From an uncultured virus (IMG/VR IMGVR_UViG_3300042477_000341) (lineage: Duplodnaviria; Heunggongvirae; Uroviricota; Caudoviricetes), in the IMG/VR virus record IMGVR_UViG_3300042477_000341: a DNA stretch of 64,000 nucleotides. One strand, 5' to 3'. Under the pieces are notes generated by a model. That model worked only from the letters and a program-made list of their open reading frames with translations, had not been told where the DNA came from and did no database searches. Within the stretch, counting starts at the first letter, position 1; each line of letters opens with the position of its first letter. This document shows, one piece after another, positions 21,124 to 31,050 of this stretch. The translations under genes were made by a program, and so were the position numbers.

Positions 21124-23049
21124 CTATTCAAAGCCCATCCAAGCTAAAGCTTTTAAATCTTCAAACACTGTTGAATTTGAAGAAATAATATTATTTATAT
21201 TAGATGCGGTTACTATTGCTAGCCACTGTCCTTGGCTTCTTACGTACGCCAGTCCAGTTGAAGCGTCTGAGGCAACAAAACCATTTGGTGCATTTTGTGG
21301 AAAGTTTGCAACTGTTGCATAATTTGTAAAAGTTAATTGATCATAATAGCTTGGGCTTTCGTTTTCATTTATATCTACCCATAGCTGTACGTTATTTGGA
21401 TTAGGAGCCGTTGCTCCAAACTCTACAATTGCACCATCAAATTCATCTGTATCTATCCAAAGCTCTCCTGGGTATGAAGGTGTCCCTGGTTCGTCTGCGC
21501 TATAAATTAATTCTTGAATTGGTTCAACATTGTCTACCCAGAATTCATATTGTTCTGGATCTGGAGCAACACCGCCTGTATAAAATTGATTAAAAGGAGT
21601 ATCAATATCATCAACATCAATCCACAAATCTCCAGTTTGTGTTGCTCCTGCTGGGGGTGCAACTAGTCCAACAAAGAAAACAGATGGAGCTGCGGTGTTG
21701 TCTGTAGGTGTAAGAGAAAGTCCTCCTCCACCTCCTCCAACCTGAATATCATCCCAAAGTAAACCAGTCCACACCTTTAGTTTGTCTAAAGGAAGGTTGT
21801 AATAAATTTGTCCGTGTACTGGATTTTGTGGAGGGAACTCTAGTCCAACAATTACACCATTGGTAAATGTATTTTTAGATGTCCAGGTGTTTGTTGTTGA
21901 TAAAGAAAGATCTGTTGATACGTACTCCCAAGTTGAAGATAGGGCATTCCAAACTTTTAATGATCTAGTGCTGCCGCTTCTGTATTCATCAGTATCAAAC
22001 CAGAAAGCTCCGTCTGCTGGTGATGCTGGAGCAGAAGCAGACATAATGGCTTTTGATGGCGGAATAATAGTTTCTAAAATAAGCTTATTTGTATCATCGT
22101 CATATGTTGCTGTAATATTAGGATTTAATCCATGCGTAAATAAAGGAGCAATATAGTCTTGAGCCTGCTCTTGAGTTAACTGAGCGGTTACTGCCAAATT
22201 AATCCGATTTGCAACATCGTCATATGTAGCGGTTACATTTGTATGGCCAGCGTGTGCGAATAGGCTAGAAACTGAGTCTTGTGCGGCTTCAGTAAACCCT
22301 GGAAGATCTTTAGTGGTTATTTCAAAATTTAATTTTCCTGTTGGATCATCATATGTAATACCTAGTCCTGTAGAGTAAACGTTTCCTGAGACCATTCCTG
22401 CAACAACATCTTGAACAACTTCTGTTGTGTTTGCTAGTGCTAGGTAGGTGCTTGCTGCAGTAGTTATATTAAGTTTAGTTGCAAGGGCTGTTGTTATCGT
22501 TGTTGCAAAATTTGCATCGTCGCCTATCGCTGCAGCAATTTCATTTAATGTATTTAGCACTCCTGGTGCTGCATCTATAAGGTTAGATATTGCTGTATCT
22601 ACATAGGATCTGTCAGCTATAACAGATGTATCAACCTGAATAGTAATTACATTTGTTGTATCGTTAAATGTTTTTGAAATACCATTTCCAGCTGTGAGTG
22701 CTTGAGCTACTGCAGTTACTACTTCATCGTCATCGTAGGTTGCCGTCAAGCTTAAAATATTTGTAGTGTCATTATAAGACACAGTAATTCCAGTGTGAGT
22801 ACCGCCCAATATTGAGGCAGCTGCTAGGTCTTTAATTTCGTTTGGGTCTTGAAAATTTATTTCTAGCTGTCTAACCTTATAGTCAAGAGAAGATGGGTCG
22901 GTTGAGTTATCAACACCAACTTTATTCTCAAGAGCTTCTATGGCATCGTTTGCATTTGCATGTTGGGAGGCGTGAGATACTAGAGACGTTGAGTCTGTAG
23001 GTTGTGGATTAATTAGTTGGTCTTTTGATGCTGGAAATGTAGTTGCCAT
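21124..23049 (-). CDS. tail fibre-like protein
   Basis: APGVLNTLNEIAAAIGDDANFA motif; repeated TYDD and GDLWID units. Confidence 0.75.
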   Translation of the reverse strand: MATTFPASKDQLINPQPTDSTSLVSHASQHANANDAIEALENKVGVDNSTDPSSLDYKVRQLEINFQDPNEIKDLAAASILGGTHTGITVSYNDTTNILSLTATYDDDEVVTAVAQALTAGNGISKTFNDTTNVITIQVDTSVIADRSYVDTAISNLIDAAPGVLNTLNEIAAAIGDDANFATTITTALATKLNITTAASTYLALANTTEVVQDVVAGMVSGNVYSTGLGITYDDPTGKLNFEITTKDLPGFTEAAQDSVSSLFAHAGHTNVTATYDDVANRINLAVTAQLTQEQAQDYIAPLFTHGLNPNITATYDDDTNKLILETIIPPSKAIMSASAPASPADGAFWFDTDEYRSGSTRSLKVWNALSSTWEYVSTDLSLSTTNTWTSKNTFTNGVIVGLEFPPQNPVHGQIYYNLPLDKLKVWTGLLWDDIQVGGGGGGLSLTPTDNTAAPSVFFVGLVAPPAGATQTGDLWIDVDDIDTPFNQFYTGGVAPDPEQYEFWVDNVEPIQELIYSADEPGTPSYPGELWIDTDEFDGAIVEFGATAPNPNNVQLWVDINENESPSYYDQLTFTNYATVANFPQNAPNGFVASDASTGLAYVRSQGQWLAIVTASNINNIISSNSTVFEDLKALAWMGFE

Positions 23050-23100
23050 TAGTGTTCACCTCTTACACAATTATACATCATAAGCATCTAAAGGTATGGG

Positions 23101-23760
23101 CTATAAAAACCTTGATCTTCCCTGAAGTTTGCCTGAAGGATTGATATGGTCTTTATGGGTTCTGTCATTGTATGAAAACATCGTTACCGCAGAATACTTT
23201 GTCCCCGATTTTACTGGCAAAGCTGCATGGGAATAAAGAAAGTTAGACGGGAATAGAACAATGTCTCCGTACTCTGGCTTGTATGTGTATTCAAAATGAG
23301 GGAACATTAGTTCTCCACCCTCATAGTCATCATTCAAGTACATTACTGTAGAAACGTCACAATGATAGGTTGGGCCACTATCTGGATGAACTTGAAAATG
23401 CTGGCCTGGCCCGTATTTTACAAAGTTAATAGCTTCCATGTAGCCTAGGGGATTCATTCTAAAAGTCTCAACGTAATGATCTAGACATTCGTTTAATTTT
23501 TCTGTTATTTGATCATGAATAGCAGCTACTTCATCTGCTTTTGGATCACCAGCTTTTAGCGCATCTCTTCTTACTTTAAAGTCAACACAATCCCTATAGT
23601 CTTTTATTTTTTGGAAGTCTCCTACAAGCGCTTCTGACCATTTAAAGAATACGCTTTTACCATCGCCCAGAGCGTTTTCTATTTTTTGTGGGATTCCCAT
23701 AGATTCTGGTAAAGCATTTCTATATATATAAATACCTTTTGCTGGGTTTTCGATTATCAT
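23101..23760 (-). CDS. 2OG-Fe(II) oxygenase, prolyl 4-hydroxylase-like
   Basis: HPD...YLNDDYEGGEL...FPSNFLYSH...GTKYS. Confidence 0.88.
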   Translation of the reverse strand: MIIENPAKGIYIYRNALPESMGIPQKIENALGDGKSVFFKWSEALVGDFQKIKDYRDCVDFKVRRDALKAGDPKADEVAAIHDQITEKLNECLDHYVETFRMNPLGYMEAINFVKYGPGQHFQVHPDSGPTYHCDVSTVMYLNDDYEGGELMFPHFEYTYKPEYGDIVLFPSNFLYSHAALPVKSGTKYSAVTMFSYNDRTHKDHINPSGKLQGRSRFL

Positions 23761-23770
23761 CTTTATCCTT

Positions 23771-24352
23771 TTATAGTATTGGTATCCACGTATGCGGGTA
23801 CTGTTTTTCTATCATCGATAGTGGGGCTATGTTAAAAAGTATTCCTTTTATTTGACTAGAGTACTTTATCTTATTGCCTGCTTCTGATATTATTATATCA
23901 CCTGGGGAAATCTTTTTCAATACCCCCGATATCTCTATTTCTTTTAATTCTGTATCAAGTGACATTATTCCAAAAAGTGCTGGTTTAGACATCCCGCCTG
24001 TATCATACCAACAAGAAGTATCTATCCCCTCTATCAGGCTTGAAGATAAAAAATACTTATTTTTATCAAAATCAAGATCATGCTCTTTGCATGCTATTTT
24101 AATTAAAGACACTAGATATATAAGAAGGCCATGTATTTTTTCATCATAAATAAAAAAAACATTTTTATTATTATCAGAGTATATGGGAACTTCTATTTTT
24201 GTTTCTTCTGGGAACCTGTAGACAATATTTTTTTTATTAAATTCTTTATTTATTTTTTCATAAATCCCTTTGTGATCAAAATTTCCTAAAGTAATTTTAA
24301 TCTCTCTATTAAGCCTATACAAAACATTTTGATTTTTATTTTGCTTAATCAT
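23771..24352 (-). CDS. hypothetical protein, possibly a degenerate cupin/oxygenase fold
   Basis: ATGA overlap start at 24352; in oxygenase cluster; no HxD seen. Confidence 0.5.
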   Translation of the reverse strand: MIKQNKNQNVLYRLNREIKITLGNFDHKGIYEKINKEFNKKNIVYRFPEETKIEVPIYSDNNKNVFFIYDEKIHGLLIYLVSLIKIACKEHDLDFDKNKYFLSSSLIEGIDTSCWYDTGGMSKPALFGIMSLDTELKEIEISGVLKKISPGDIIISEAGNKIKYSSQIKGILFNIAPLSMIEKQYPHTWIPIL

Positions 24353-24900
24353 ACTACAGAAACTCTTTTTCTTAGAACCCTCTGAGCCTCTCTTGGAATC
24401 TTTAGCCATGGGTGGTCTGGATCTACCCAGTGAAGTAGCATGATTCCAACCTTGTTAAACTCTGGATCTGGGAAAGGGCCCTTCCAATGCTTTTGATCAT
24501 TTGCTAAAAATAATACTGCTTCATTTTCATCAAAGCTGTATTCATTTCCTTCTATAAATAGCCCCCATGGAGTTTTTTGATATAGACCTAGATCTACTGT
24601 GTATGTACATGGGCCAATATCTAGGTGTTCATCTAGCTGCGCCGCTCCGCTAGAATATTCTGAAAAAACTGCATACGTTGGAAGAATGTCTGGCTTACCA
24701 AAATGATGTCTTGCAAAGTCTGTAAGCTTATTTAAACATTCAAGAATTACGGAGTCGTCAAAAGAGTCCATTCTTTTGCTTCCATAATAGTCGTAAGGTA
24801 TGCTTCTTAATTGTGGATGATTTTCAAAATAATTCTTAATGTATTCAAAAAATGGTTCTTCAAATACATTAGATACTACTTTAGGATCAAACTTTTTCAT
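24349..24900 (-). CDS. 2OG-Fe(II) oxygenase-like protein
   Basis: Y..GAQLDEHLD...CTYTVDL...HWK. Confidence 0.7.
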   Translation of the reverse strand: MKKFDPKVVSNVFEEPFFEYIKNYFENHPQLRSIPYDYYGSKRMDSFDDSVILECLNKLTDFARHHFGKPDILPTYAVFSEYSSGAAQLDEHLDIGPCTYTVDLGLYQKTPWGLFIEGNEYSFDENEAVLFLANDQKHWKGPFPDPEFNKVGIMLLHWVDPDHPWLKIPREAQRVLRKRVSVV

Positions 24901-25411
24901 TATAGGCTATTGCTAGGATAAAATCGTTGTCTTCGGAATTTGTTACAACGTATTTATATTCGGGCGATGATGAAAGAATTATACAAGACCCCTCTTCTGG
25001 ATGAATTGTAGTTTCTTTATCTTTAAAGCTAATAGATCCAGACATGTTAGTGTTTTTTAATACATATATTACACTTACAGTGTCTTTTGTAAACTCATTA
25101 GTAAAGCTTTGTAAATATTCAGCATCCTTGCCTATTTTTATAAAATCATTTTCGTGTAGCCATTTATAATTAATATTTTTTTCTTTTGCAAACTCCATTA
25201 AATTTGTTACGTTTGAAGACTGTAAATGTCTATTTAGCACAGCAAAGTTATTAATGTCCAGTGACGTTTTTATGCCTTCCATATACGAGCCAATTCTTTC
25301 TTCCCATACAACCTCATTTGGATTATTTAAAATTGCAAGCAGATCTTCTCTTTCATTAAATTGGCTTGAATAAATACAAGCGTCAAAAATTCTATTTAAT
25401 AAATTACTCAT
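24887..25411 (-). CDS. degenerate 2OG-Fe(II) oxygenase-like protein
   Basis: SVIYVL...GSISF...HPEEGSCIILSS resembles the P4H C-terminus; metal ligands not evident. Confidence 0.5.
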   Translation of the reverse strand: MSNLLNRIFDACIYSSQFNEREDLLAILNNPNEVVWEERIGSYMEGIKTSLDINNFAVLNRHLQSSNVTNLMEFAKEKNINYKWLHENDFIKIGKDAEYLQSFTNEFTKDTVSVIYVLKNTNMSGSISFKDKETTIHPEEGSCIILSSSPEYKYVVTNSEDNDFILAIAYNEKV

Positions 25412-25946
25412 TTACTCCTCCTATTCTTTGATTATACCAAATATGCGGATAAACTGCATCTCTTTCTGGCTCAGTATTATATACTGAAACAGCAGATTCT
25501 GGTACGTTTGCTTCTATTCTTTCATTTAAAATATTTTTTGTTTTTATATAAGCTTTTTCTATAAATGGGGCTCTATCTTTACTTCCGTCAACTATAAATC
25601 CTTTTAAATAAGAGTAAAAAATTCTTCTTAGTAGCAGTGCTGATATACCAACAAAGCCGTTCCGTCTTAATTTTGGTGAAACGTAGACTTTTTCTGCCAA
25701 GCCGTCTAAATAAAAAGTATTATACATATCTGGATAAGAGTTTAAAATAAAATCAGAAACTATTACCGTCCCAGAAGGGTGTTGGTCGTTAAAATAAAAT
25801 GTAGAAAGATAACTTATTTTCCCATTATTAATTGGTGTTATATGAGCCCAGGCTCCGTTAAACTCGTCGGGGAATTTTGAAAAAATTGGGATAGATTTAT
25901 TATCTACAGAGTCAAAGCCAATAACATTAAATTGCTGTTGAGTCAT
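25404..25946 (-). CDS. hypothetical protein, weak GNAT-like motif
   Basis: VYVSPKLRRNGF resembles GNAT motif A. Confidence 0.45.
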   Translation of the reverse strand: MTQQQFNVIGFDSVDNKSIPIFSKFPDEFNGAWAHITPINNGKISYLSTFYFNDQHPSGTVIVSDFILNSYPDMYNTFYLDGLAEKVYVSPKLRRNGFVGISALLLRRIFYSYLKGFIVDGSKDRAPFIEKAYIKTKNILNERIEANVPESAVSVYNTEPERDAVYPHIWYNQRIGGVNE

Positions 25947-27051
25947 GGGTTAATATCTTTTCTGTAAAGAACATATCGTATGGCTCACAGTTAATGGAAA
26001 CAACCTCATGAACAATTGGAACAGATTCTAGGGTTGTTATTTCTTCCCACGTCTGATCAGCATAAGAGTATACAAGGTCTGTATTTAAAACATCTACTGA
26101 AGATACAAACTTTGCAACACCGTCTCTTTTAATTAGAATATAGTGGTAGTTTGAAAAAATATCACTGTTAATAACTACTGCGCCATCTGACATTTTTTTA
26201 TTTATAGAAACGATTGTAGTCTCTGTAATATTTATATTTGGATTTGTATCTGACCATGCGAGTGCAATCTGAGTTGAGTTTTCCTGTGGAGAATTTATAA
26301 AACCTTCTATATCTGCTGATAATAGAATGTCTCCTACTTGTAAATCGTCTGCTTTAACAAGGCCATTTGGAGTTCTTACTAATGTTGAAACACCAACACT
26401 TTTAAAAGAAGGAGGTCCAAAAAATAATGGAGTAGACCAAAAGATAGGTGGTGCTGGAGTAAATTGTGGACCTGGATTAAATATTGGATTTGGATTAAAT
26501 ATTGGACCTGGATTAAACACTGGACCTGGATTAAATCCTGGATTTGGATTATATGAAATACTAAACTCTGGAATAAGTGGAACTCTTCCGTTATAGATCT
26601 GAATAGTTCTGCTTCCTGATCCGCTTAAAGAAAATGTTATTTGGTTTGAACTTGGGGTCCAGCTTCCAATGTTGCTTCCGTTTACAGCAATGTTTGTAGG
26701 AAAAGTATTAAATGTTCCATTGATTGTTACTGTAGATCCATTCCAACTTGAGCTAGATACAGATGAATTCTGTGGTGGGCTAGGAACAAAAGAAGGACCA
26801 AATGAAGGTGGGGCAACATAATTATAATAATTAAAATCAATTGATGTACCAATTGGCACAATAGTATCTGCTGGAGTTCCTTGAGACAATACAGTTAAAT
26901 TTAATGCAGATGTTGATGTAGCAGTTGATGTTTGATTATAATTTAAACCTTTTGCAGCAAGTGCAGATTCAGCTTGAGCCTTACTTAAATTAACTAGTGA
27001 CGGAACGCTAACTTTTCTTCTGCCAAATCGGCCAAAAAATCTTCTAAGCAT
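25927..27051 (-). CDS. PASTA-like + Pro/Phe-rich repeat + Hint (intein-like) domain protein
   Basis: VPSLVNLSKAQAESAL...VLSQGTPADT (PASTA); FNPGP repeats; KSVGVSTLVRTPNG...DLQVGD...FFTEKILTHD (Hint). Confidence 0.75.
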   Translation of the reverse strand: MLRRFFGRFGRRKVSVPSLVNLSKAQAESALAAKGLNYNQTSTATSTSALNLTVLSQGTPADTIVPIGTSIDFNYYNYVAPPSFGPSFVPSPPQNSSVSSSSWNGSTVTINGTFNTFPTNIAVNGSNIGSWTPSSNQITFSLSGSGSRTIQIYNGRVPLIPEFSISYNPNPGFNPGPVFNPGPIFNPNPIFNPGPQFTPAPPIFWSTPLFFGPPSFKSVGVSTLVRTPNGLVKADDLQVGDILLSADIEGFINSPQENSTQIALAWSDTNPNINITETTIVSINKKMSDGAVVINSDIFSNYHYILIKRDGVAKFVSSVDVLNTDLVYSYADQTWEEITTLESVPIVHEVVSINCEPYDMFFTEKILTHDSTAI

Positions 27052-27057
27052 TTTTTA

Positions 27058-28158
27058 TTATACTGCTAGGTCACCCAATACGACCCAGCTGTTACTACCT
27101 CTCTTTAATACCGATGCGCTTGACCACTGTGTTCTAAGCTTGAGACCTGGTGTAGAATTTGGTGTAAATCCTGTTCCAGCTATAGTAACCTGTGAGGTTC
27201 CTGTTTGTAAAATTTCTATTGATGTGCCTATTGGAAAATTATACACTGCGTCAGAAGGTATTGTCAAGGTTCCGCCGCCTGACATTTCTACAAGCTTACC
27301 TGTGTCTGTAGATTGCAAGGTATAATTTCCACTTTGTGAATTAAATTCAATAATTTCATTTATTTTAGTATCTAAAGCTGTTTGAGTTAAAGTTGAGATT
27401 GGCTTATTTGCATCTGAAGTATTATCGACATTTCCAAGACCAACGTGGGCTTTTGTAACACCACCTACAGTTCCTGTAAAAGTTGGTGATGCTATAGGGG
27501 CATATGTTGTTGCTGCTAGGGAAGAGTCTAGCTTGTTTCCTATTGTTGTTGTTATGCTTGTAGCAAAATTAGGATCGTCTGCAAATGCTGCTGCAATCTC
27601 ATTTAATGTATCTAGGGTTCCAGGGGCTGAATCTACAAGATTAGATATTGCAGTTGAAATTGCTGTATTTCTATTTGTTACTTCTGTAGAAATTGCTGAA
27701 GACAGCTCTGTGTCTCTTGTAATTGTGGCTGGAATTTCAGAATCTGGGATTTTGCCATTTTCATCAAGAGTGGCAACTCCGTCTGCGTTTCCATATTGAC
27801 TTAGTGGAATGTATGTCTGTGCAGCAGTTCCGCTTAAAGAAGAAACAGCTGTATCTACATATGTTTTATTTGCAATAGTGCTATCTACAGATAATGTTAG
27901 CTTTCCAGCAACTGAGTCAAAAGATTTATCTAAGCCAGTTCCGTCCAATACTGTATCGGCAATATTTGCTTGAGTTAAACTTAAGAGTTCTGAAGGGGCT
28001 ATACTAAAAAATGGAAGAGCTCCCCACAAAGAAGATCCATTTCCAACTTTTATTTTACCTAGAGTTGTATCTAATGCAATTTCTCCAGCTGCAAGAACAT
28101 TTGTAGATGCATTCCATTGAGCTGTAGTACCTCTTCTAATTCTTATACTAACTGCCAT
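27058..28158 (-). CDS. tail fibre protein with Mtd/hyaluronidase-like N-terminus
   Basis: IRIRRGTTAQW...LAAGEI...KIKVGNG; VGLGNVDNTSDANKP; WVVLGDL. Confidence 0.8.
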   Translation of the reverse strand: MAVSIRIRRGTTAQWNASTNVLAAGEIALDTTLGKIKVGNGSSLWGALPFFSIAPSELLSLTQANIADTVLDGTGLDKSFDSVAGKLTLSVDSTIANKTYVDTAVSSLSGTAAQTYIPLSQYGNADGVATLDENGKIPDSEIPATITRDTELSSAISTEVTNRNTAISTAISNLVDSAPGTLDTLNEIAAAFADDPNFATSITTTIGNKLDSSLAATTYAPIASPTFTGTVGGVTKAHVGLGNVDNTSDANKPISTLTQTALDTKINEIIEFNSQSGNYTLQSTDTGKLVEMSGGGTLTIPSDAVYNFPIGTSIEILQTGTSQVTIAGTGFTPNSTPGLKLRTQWSSASVLKRGSNSWVVLGDLAV

Positions 28159-28457
28159 TATGGTGCTCCTCCGTCGACTATGTTAAGCTCTGTTTGACCA
28201 CTTAGCTGTGGTGTTCCGCCATCTACAAAAGTTGCGGCAGTTGTAACTGCTTGAACCGAATAAATTTCTCCATCATATGTGTGCTCATGAATAAGCAAGC
28301 CAGTTTCTGTGCTTCCACCGATTGGCTTCCACTCTGTTCCTGTGTATACACGAAGTTCCTGAGCAGAACTGTTAAAATAAATATCTCCAGCTCTTGCTAC
28401 TGACGGGTCAGAAGATAATTCTGTTGTATTTAATGGAACTAATCTTTTAACTGACAT
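28158..28457 (-). CDS. small virion protein
   Basis: GDIYFNS...YTGTEW; ends VDGGAP. Confidence 0.6.
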   Translation of the reverse strand: MSVKRLVPLNTTELSSDPSVARAGDIYFNSSAQELRVYTGTEWKPIGGSTETGLLIHEHTYDGEIYSVQAVTTAATFVDGGTPQLSGQTELNIVDGGAP

Positions 28458-28468
28458 TCAGTGTCTCC

Positions 28469-29875
28469 TTAACCAGTAATTACGACTCTGTATGCTCCAC
28501 TTGCAGGGGCTGATGCAAATTTTAATGTAACTGTATTTGATGATGTACGCTCAACATCTGTTTCAACAAGAGCCTTAGATCCTGATGTTTCAAAAACTTG
28601 AACAGTAACGTCATCTGATCCCAAATTATGTGTAACAACTAAAGCTGTTAATGTATCTGGATTTGCAAGATCTACTGCATACTTGCGAGCAATTGCATGG
28701 TAGTTTGTACCATTATTTGTGAGTGTCCAGTTGTCGCTTGTTTCATTCCACAGAATTTCAACATCTGCACCATCTCCACGCTCTACACGAATTCCAGCAT
28801 CTGCTAAAGGAATTCCAATAAAGTCGGTATTTAAATTAATCTTATTATCAACAATATTTACTTGAGTAGTATTTACTGAGTTAATTGTTCCTGTTACGTT
28901 TAGGTCTCCGCCAACATTTAAATCATTAGTAATTGTTACATTATCTGGAAGACCGATTGTTACTGTTGTGCCTTCACCTGATGTAGGGCTTACTGTTACT
29001 TCATTAGCTGTTCCCTGAATGTTTGCTACATAGTCGCCTGTTGTATCTGAACCTAAAGCTACAGAGTTTGGTGCAACTGTAGTTGTGATTGTTACATCAC
29101 CAAGATTTGTTATTGTTCCTGTACCAGTTACATCTCCTGAAAGAGTAATTGTAGGATCTGCTACGTTAAAGTCTAATTTTCCATTTACATCGTCATATGT
29201 TACTGAAATTCCAGACTCTGTATTAGAGTCAACCATTCCTCCGACAATGTCTTGTACACGCTCAGCGTTTAATGTTACTGCGCCTGACGCTACCGTAAAG
29301 TCTGTTGAATCAAAACTTGCAACACCCTTATTTGTTGAGGTTGCGTCTTCTGCTGATACCGTAATTGTGTTATTTGTTACAGCTACGTCAATTCCTTCTC
29401 CGCCTGCAACTGTTAATGTATCAGTTAAAAGATTAACTGTATCTGTTCCAGTGTCTCCAGCTATCGAAAGGTTTGTTGCTACGTTTGCTGTTCCTGCTGC
29501 AGTTAAGCGTCCTTGTGCATCTACTGTAAATGTAGGAATTGCTGTTGCTGATCCGTATGATCCAGGTGTTACAGCTGTATCATTAAGCTTTAATGTTGTT
29601 GTGCCCGCTGTGTCGTCATATGTTGCTGTTAACGCTGTTCCAGCTACTACCGAAGAGCCAATTACATCTTGAATAACCTCTGTGGATCCAGACATCGGCA
29701 TCCATGGGCCATTTGGTGATGTGAGTCCATTGTAATAATACATTGTATTATTAGATGTGTCATAGTAAATCTGTCCAGATACTGGGTTGGATGGAGCAGC
29801 ACCTAAGTTTTGGATTCTAGCATTTAGTAACTCATTTTTATTGAGATCTAAACTAACTAAGAATTTTTTTGCCAT
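28469..29875 (-). CDS. tail fibre-like protein
   Basis: GSYGSATAIPTFTVDAQGRLTAA; THNLG C-terminal domain. Confidence 0.75.
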   Translation of the reverse strand: MAKKFLVSLDLNKNELLNARIQNLGAAPSNPVSGQIYYDTSNNTMYYYNGLTSPNGPWMPMSGSTEVIQDVIGSSVVAGTALTATYDDTAGTTTLKLNDTAVTPGSYGSATAIPTFTVDAQGRLTAAGTANVATNLSIAGDTGTDTVNLLTDTLTVAGGEGIDVAVTNNTITVSAEDATSTNKGVASFDSTDFTVASGAVTLNAERVQDIVGGMVDSNTESGISVTYDDVNGKLDFNVADPTITLSGDVTGTGTITNLGDVTITTTVAPNSVALGSDTTGDYVANIQGTANEVTVSPTSGEGTTVTIGLPDNVTITNDLNVGGDLNVTGTINSVNTTQVNIVDNKINLNTDFIGIPLADAGIRVERGDGADVEILWNETSDNWTLTNNGTNYHAIARKYAVDLANPDTLTALVVTHNLGSDDVTVQVFETSGSKALVETDVERTSSNTVTLKFASAPASGAYRVVITG

Positions 29876-29887
29876 TTTCTTTCTCCT

Positions 29888-30340
29888 TTACGACAGATGC
29901 GCTGTCCCTGAAAATGGTTGGGCCATCGTCAGTGTTAATCTATTAAGACTATTATAATCTATTCCTGTTTCCAATACGTCGCCTGCGCTAGATATTACGG
30001 TTACATTGGGACCAAATCCTAAATTATGATTTATTACCACAGAATATACCCCATCTACTGGGCCTTGAACCTGAGACATTTCCCAGGAGTAAACAAAAGC
30101 GATATCGTCTTTGGTAGCAAGATCAATCTTGTTGGCCCCGCTCCAAGTGGTGATTGATAGCTTTGGTCCGTAAAATTCATTTGTTGTTGTATTGAAGTAA
30201 AAGTCTCCTTCAATTCCAACGCTGTCTAGTGGGGCAGATGGTCCACTAAGTATAGATTTTCCTCTAGGTCCTTGAGGGCCTGGAGATGAAAGAACAACCT
30301 TGTTTATCTGTTCCGTAATCTTTACAATATTTTCTGCCAT
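29888..30340 (-). CDS. tail-associated protein
   Basis: GPQGPRG, GDFYFNTTTNEFYGPK, INHNLGF motifs. Confidence 0.65.
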   Translation of the reverse strand: MAENIVKITEQINKVVLSSPGPQGPRGKSILSGPSAPLDSVGIEGDFYFNTTTNEFYGPKLSITTWSGANKIDLATKDDIAFVYSWEMSQVQGPVDGVYSVVINHNLGFGPNVTVISSAGDVLETGIDYNSLNRLTLTMAQPFSGTAHLS

Positions 30341-30687
30341 TAGATGGTTACCGATCTACTTAGAGTTAAAAAGCCCTCAACAAGTTTTGTTTTTGTATTA
30401 TTGCTATCTGTAATCATTATGTCGTAGGAAGATTTTGGGTGAAATAGTTTGCTTGTTTGAGCAGGTGTCATTGTGCATGTAACTCTGCCAAGTGGTCCGT
30501 TAATTGTAATTCCGCCAGCTGGTGAAGTCAAAGTAAATGATAATTTAGATCCGCCCTTTGTATCTCTAACCTGCATTTTTGCGGTAGCTCCAGAAAGGTT
30601 TATGGGCAAGTCATTGTTATCGGTATAGTCAATAACAAATGAAAAAGTAGTATTTTGATCAACTTCAAAGTTTTTTTGCGCTGCCAC
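30340..30687 (-). CDS. baseplate/tail adaptor-like protein
   Basis: GTG start; DQNTTF...PINLSGATAKMQVR...YDI...LVEG. Confidence 0.65.
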   Translation of the reverse strand: MAAQKNFEVDQNTTFSFVIDYTDNNDLPINLSGATAKMQVRDTKGGSKLSFTLTSPAGGITINGPLGRVTCTMTPAQTSKLFHPKSSYDIMITDSNNTKTKLVEGFLTLSRSVTI

Positions 30688-30702
30688 GGTTACCCCTAAT
30701 TA

Positions 30703-30735
30703 GAAAAGCCCTTATGGATATTTTACCATAAGGGC
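30703..30735 (-). terminator. intrinsic terminator downstream of the holin-like gene
   Basis: GCCCTTATGG/CCATAAGGGC stem followed by TTTT on the minus strand. Confidence 0.6.
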
Positions 30736-30757
30736 ACTCCTAATCTATATTAAATTT

Positions 30758-30982
30758 TTACTTCTTTGTAAACCCAAATGAGCTTTCGTTTGGATTAAGT
30801 GCCTTCAAAATAACTGGCAGACATGCTGCGATTCCGCCCTTGAGTAAGTCTCCTGGGTCAGTGTTACCAGTCATGTAAAGAGCAATGGCTGCACCCAAAA
30901 AGTGACGACCATAGCTTGCCAACGCTGCTAGAATTTTCTCTTGCATAGTTACCTTTCCATCATTGTTTAGATCTTGTTTCAT
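30758..30982 (-). CDS. holin-like small membrane protein
   Basis: SYGRHFLGAAIALY...PVILKALNPN; two hydrophobic segments. Confidence 0.55.
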   Translation of the reverse strand: MKQDLNNDGKVTMQEKILAALASYGRHFLGAAIALYMTGNTDPGDLLKGGIAACLPVILKALNPNESSFGFTKK

Positions 30983-31050
30983 TAGATCCTCCTATTTCTG
31001 GGCGTTGTGCCCAGGAATTTGGGTTTTACCCCAATTACATTGTACTACTT

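Noticed and set aside
25927..26400. Hint domain as a canonical mobile intein
   Set aside because: Lies at the C-terminus, has no endonuclease domain, and ends THD instead of HN.
3775..30340. Diversity-generating retroelement acting on fibre tips
   Set aside because: No reverse transcriptase and no adenine-specific template/variable repeat pair seen in this window.
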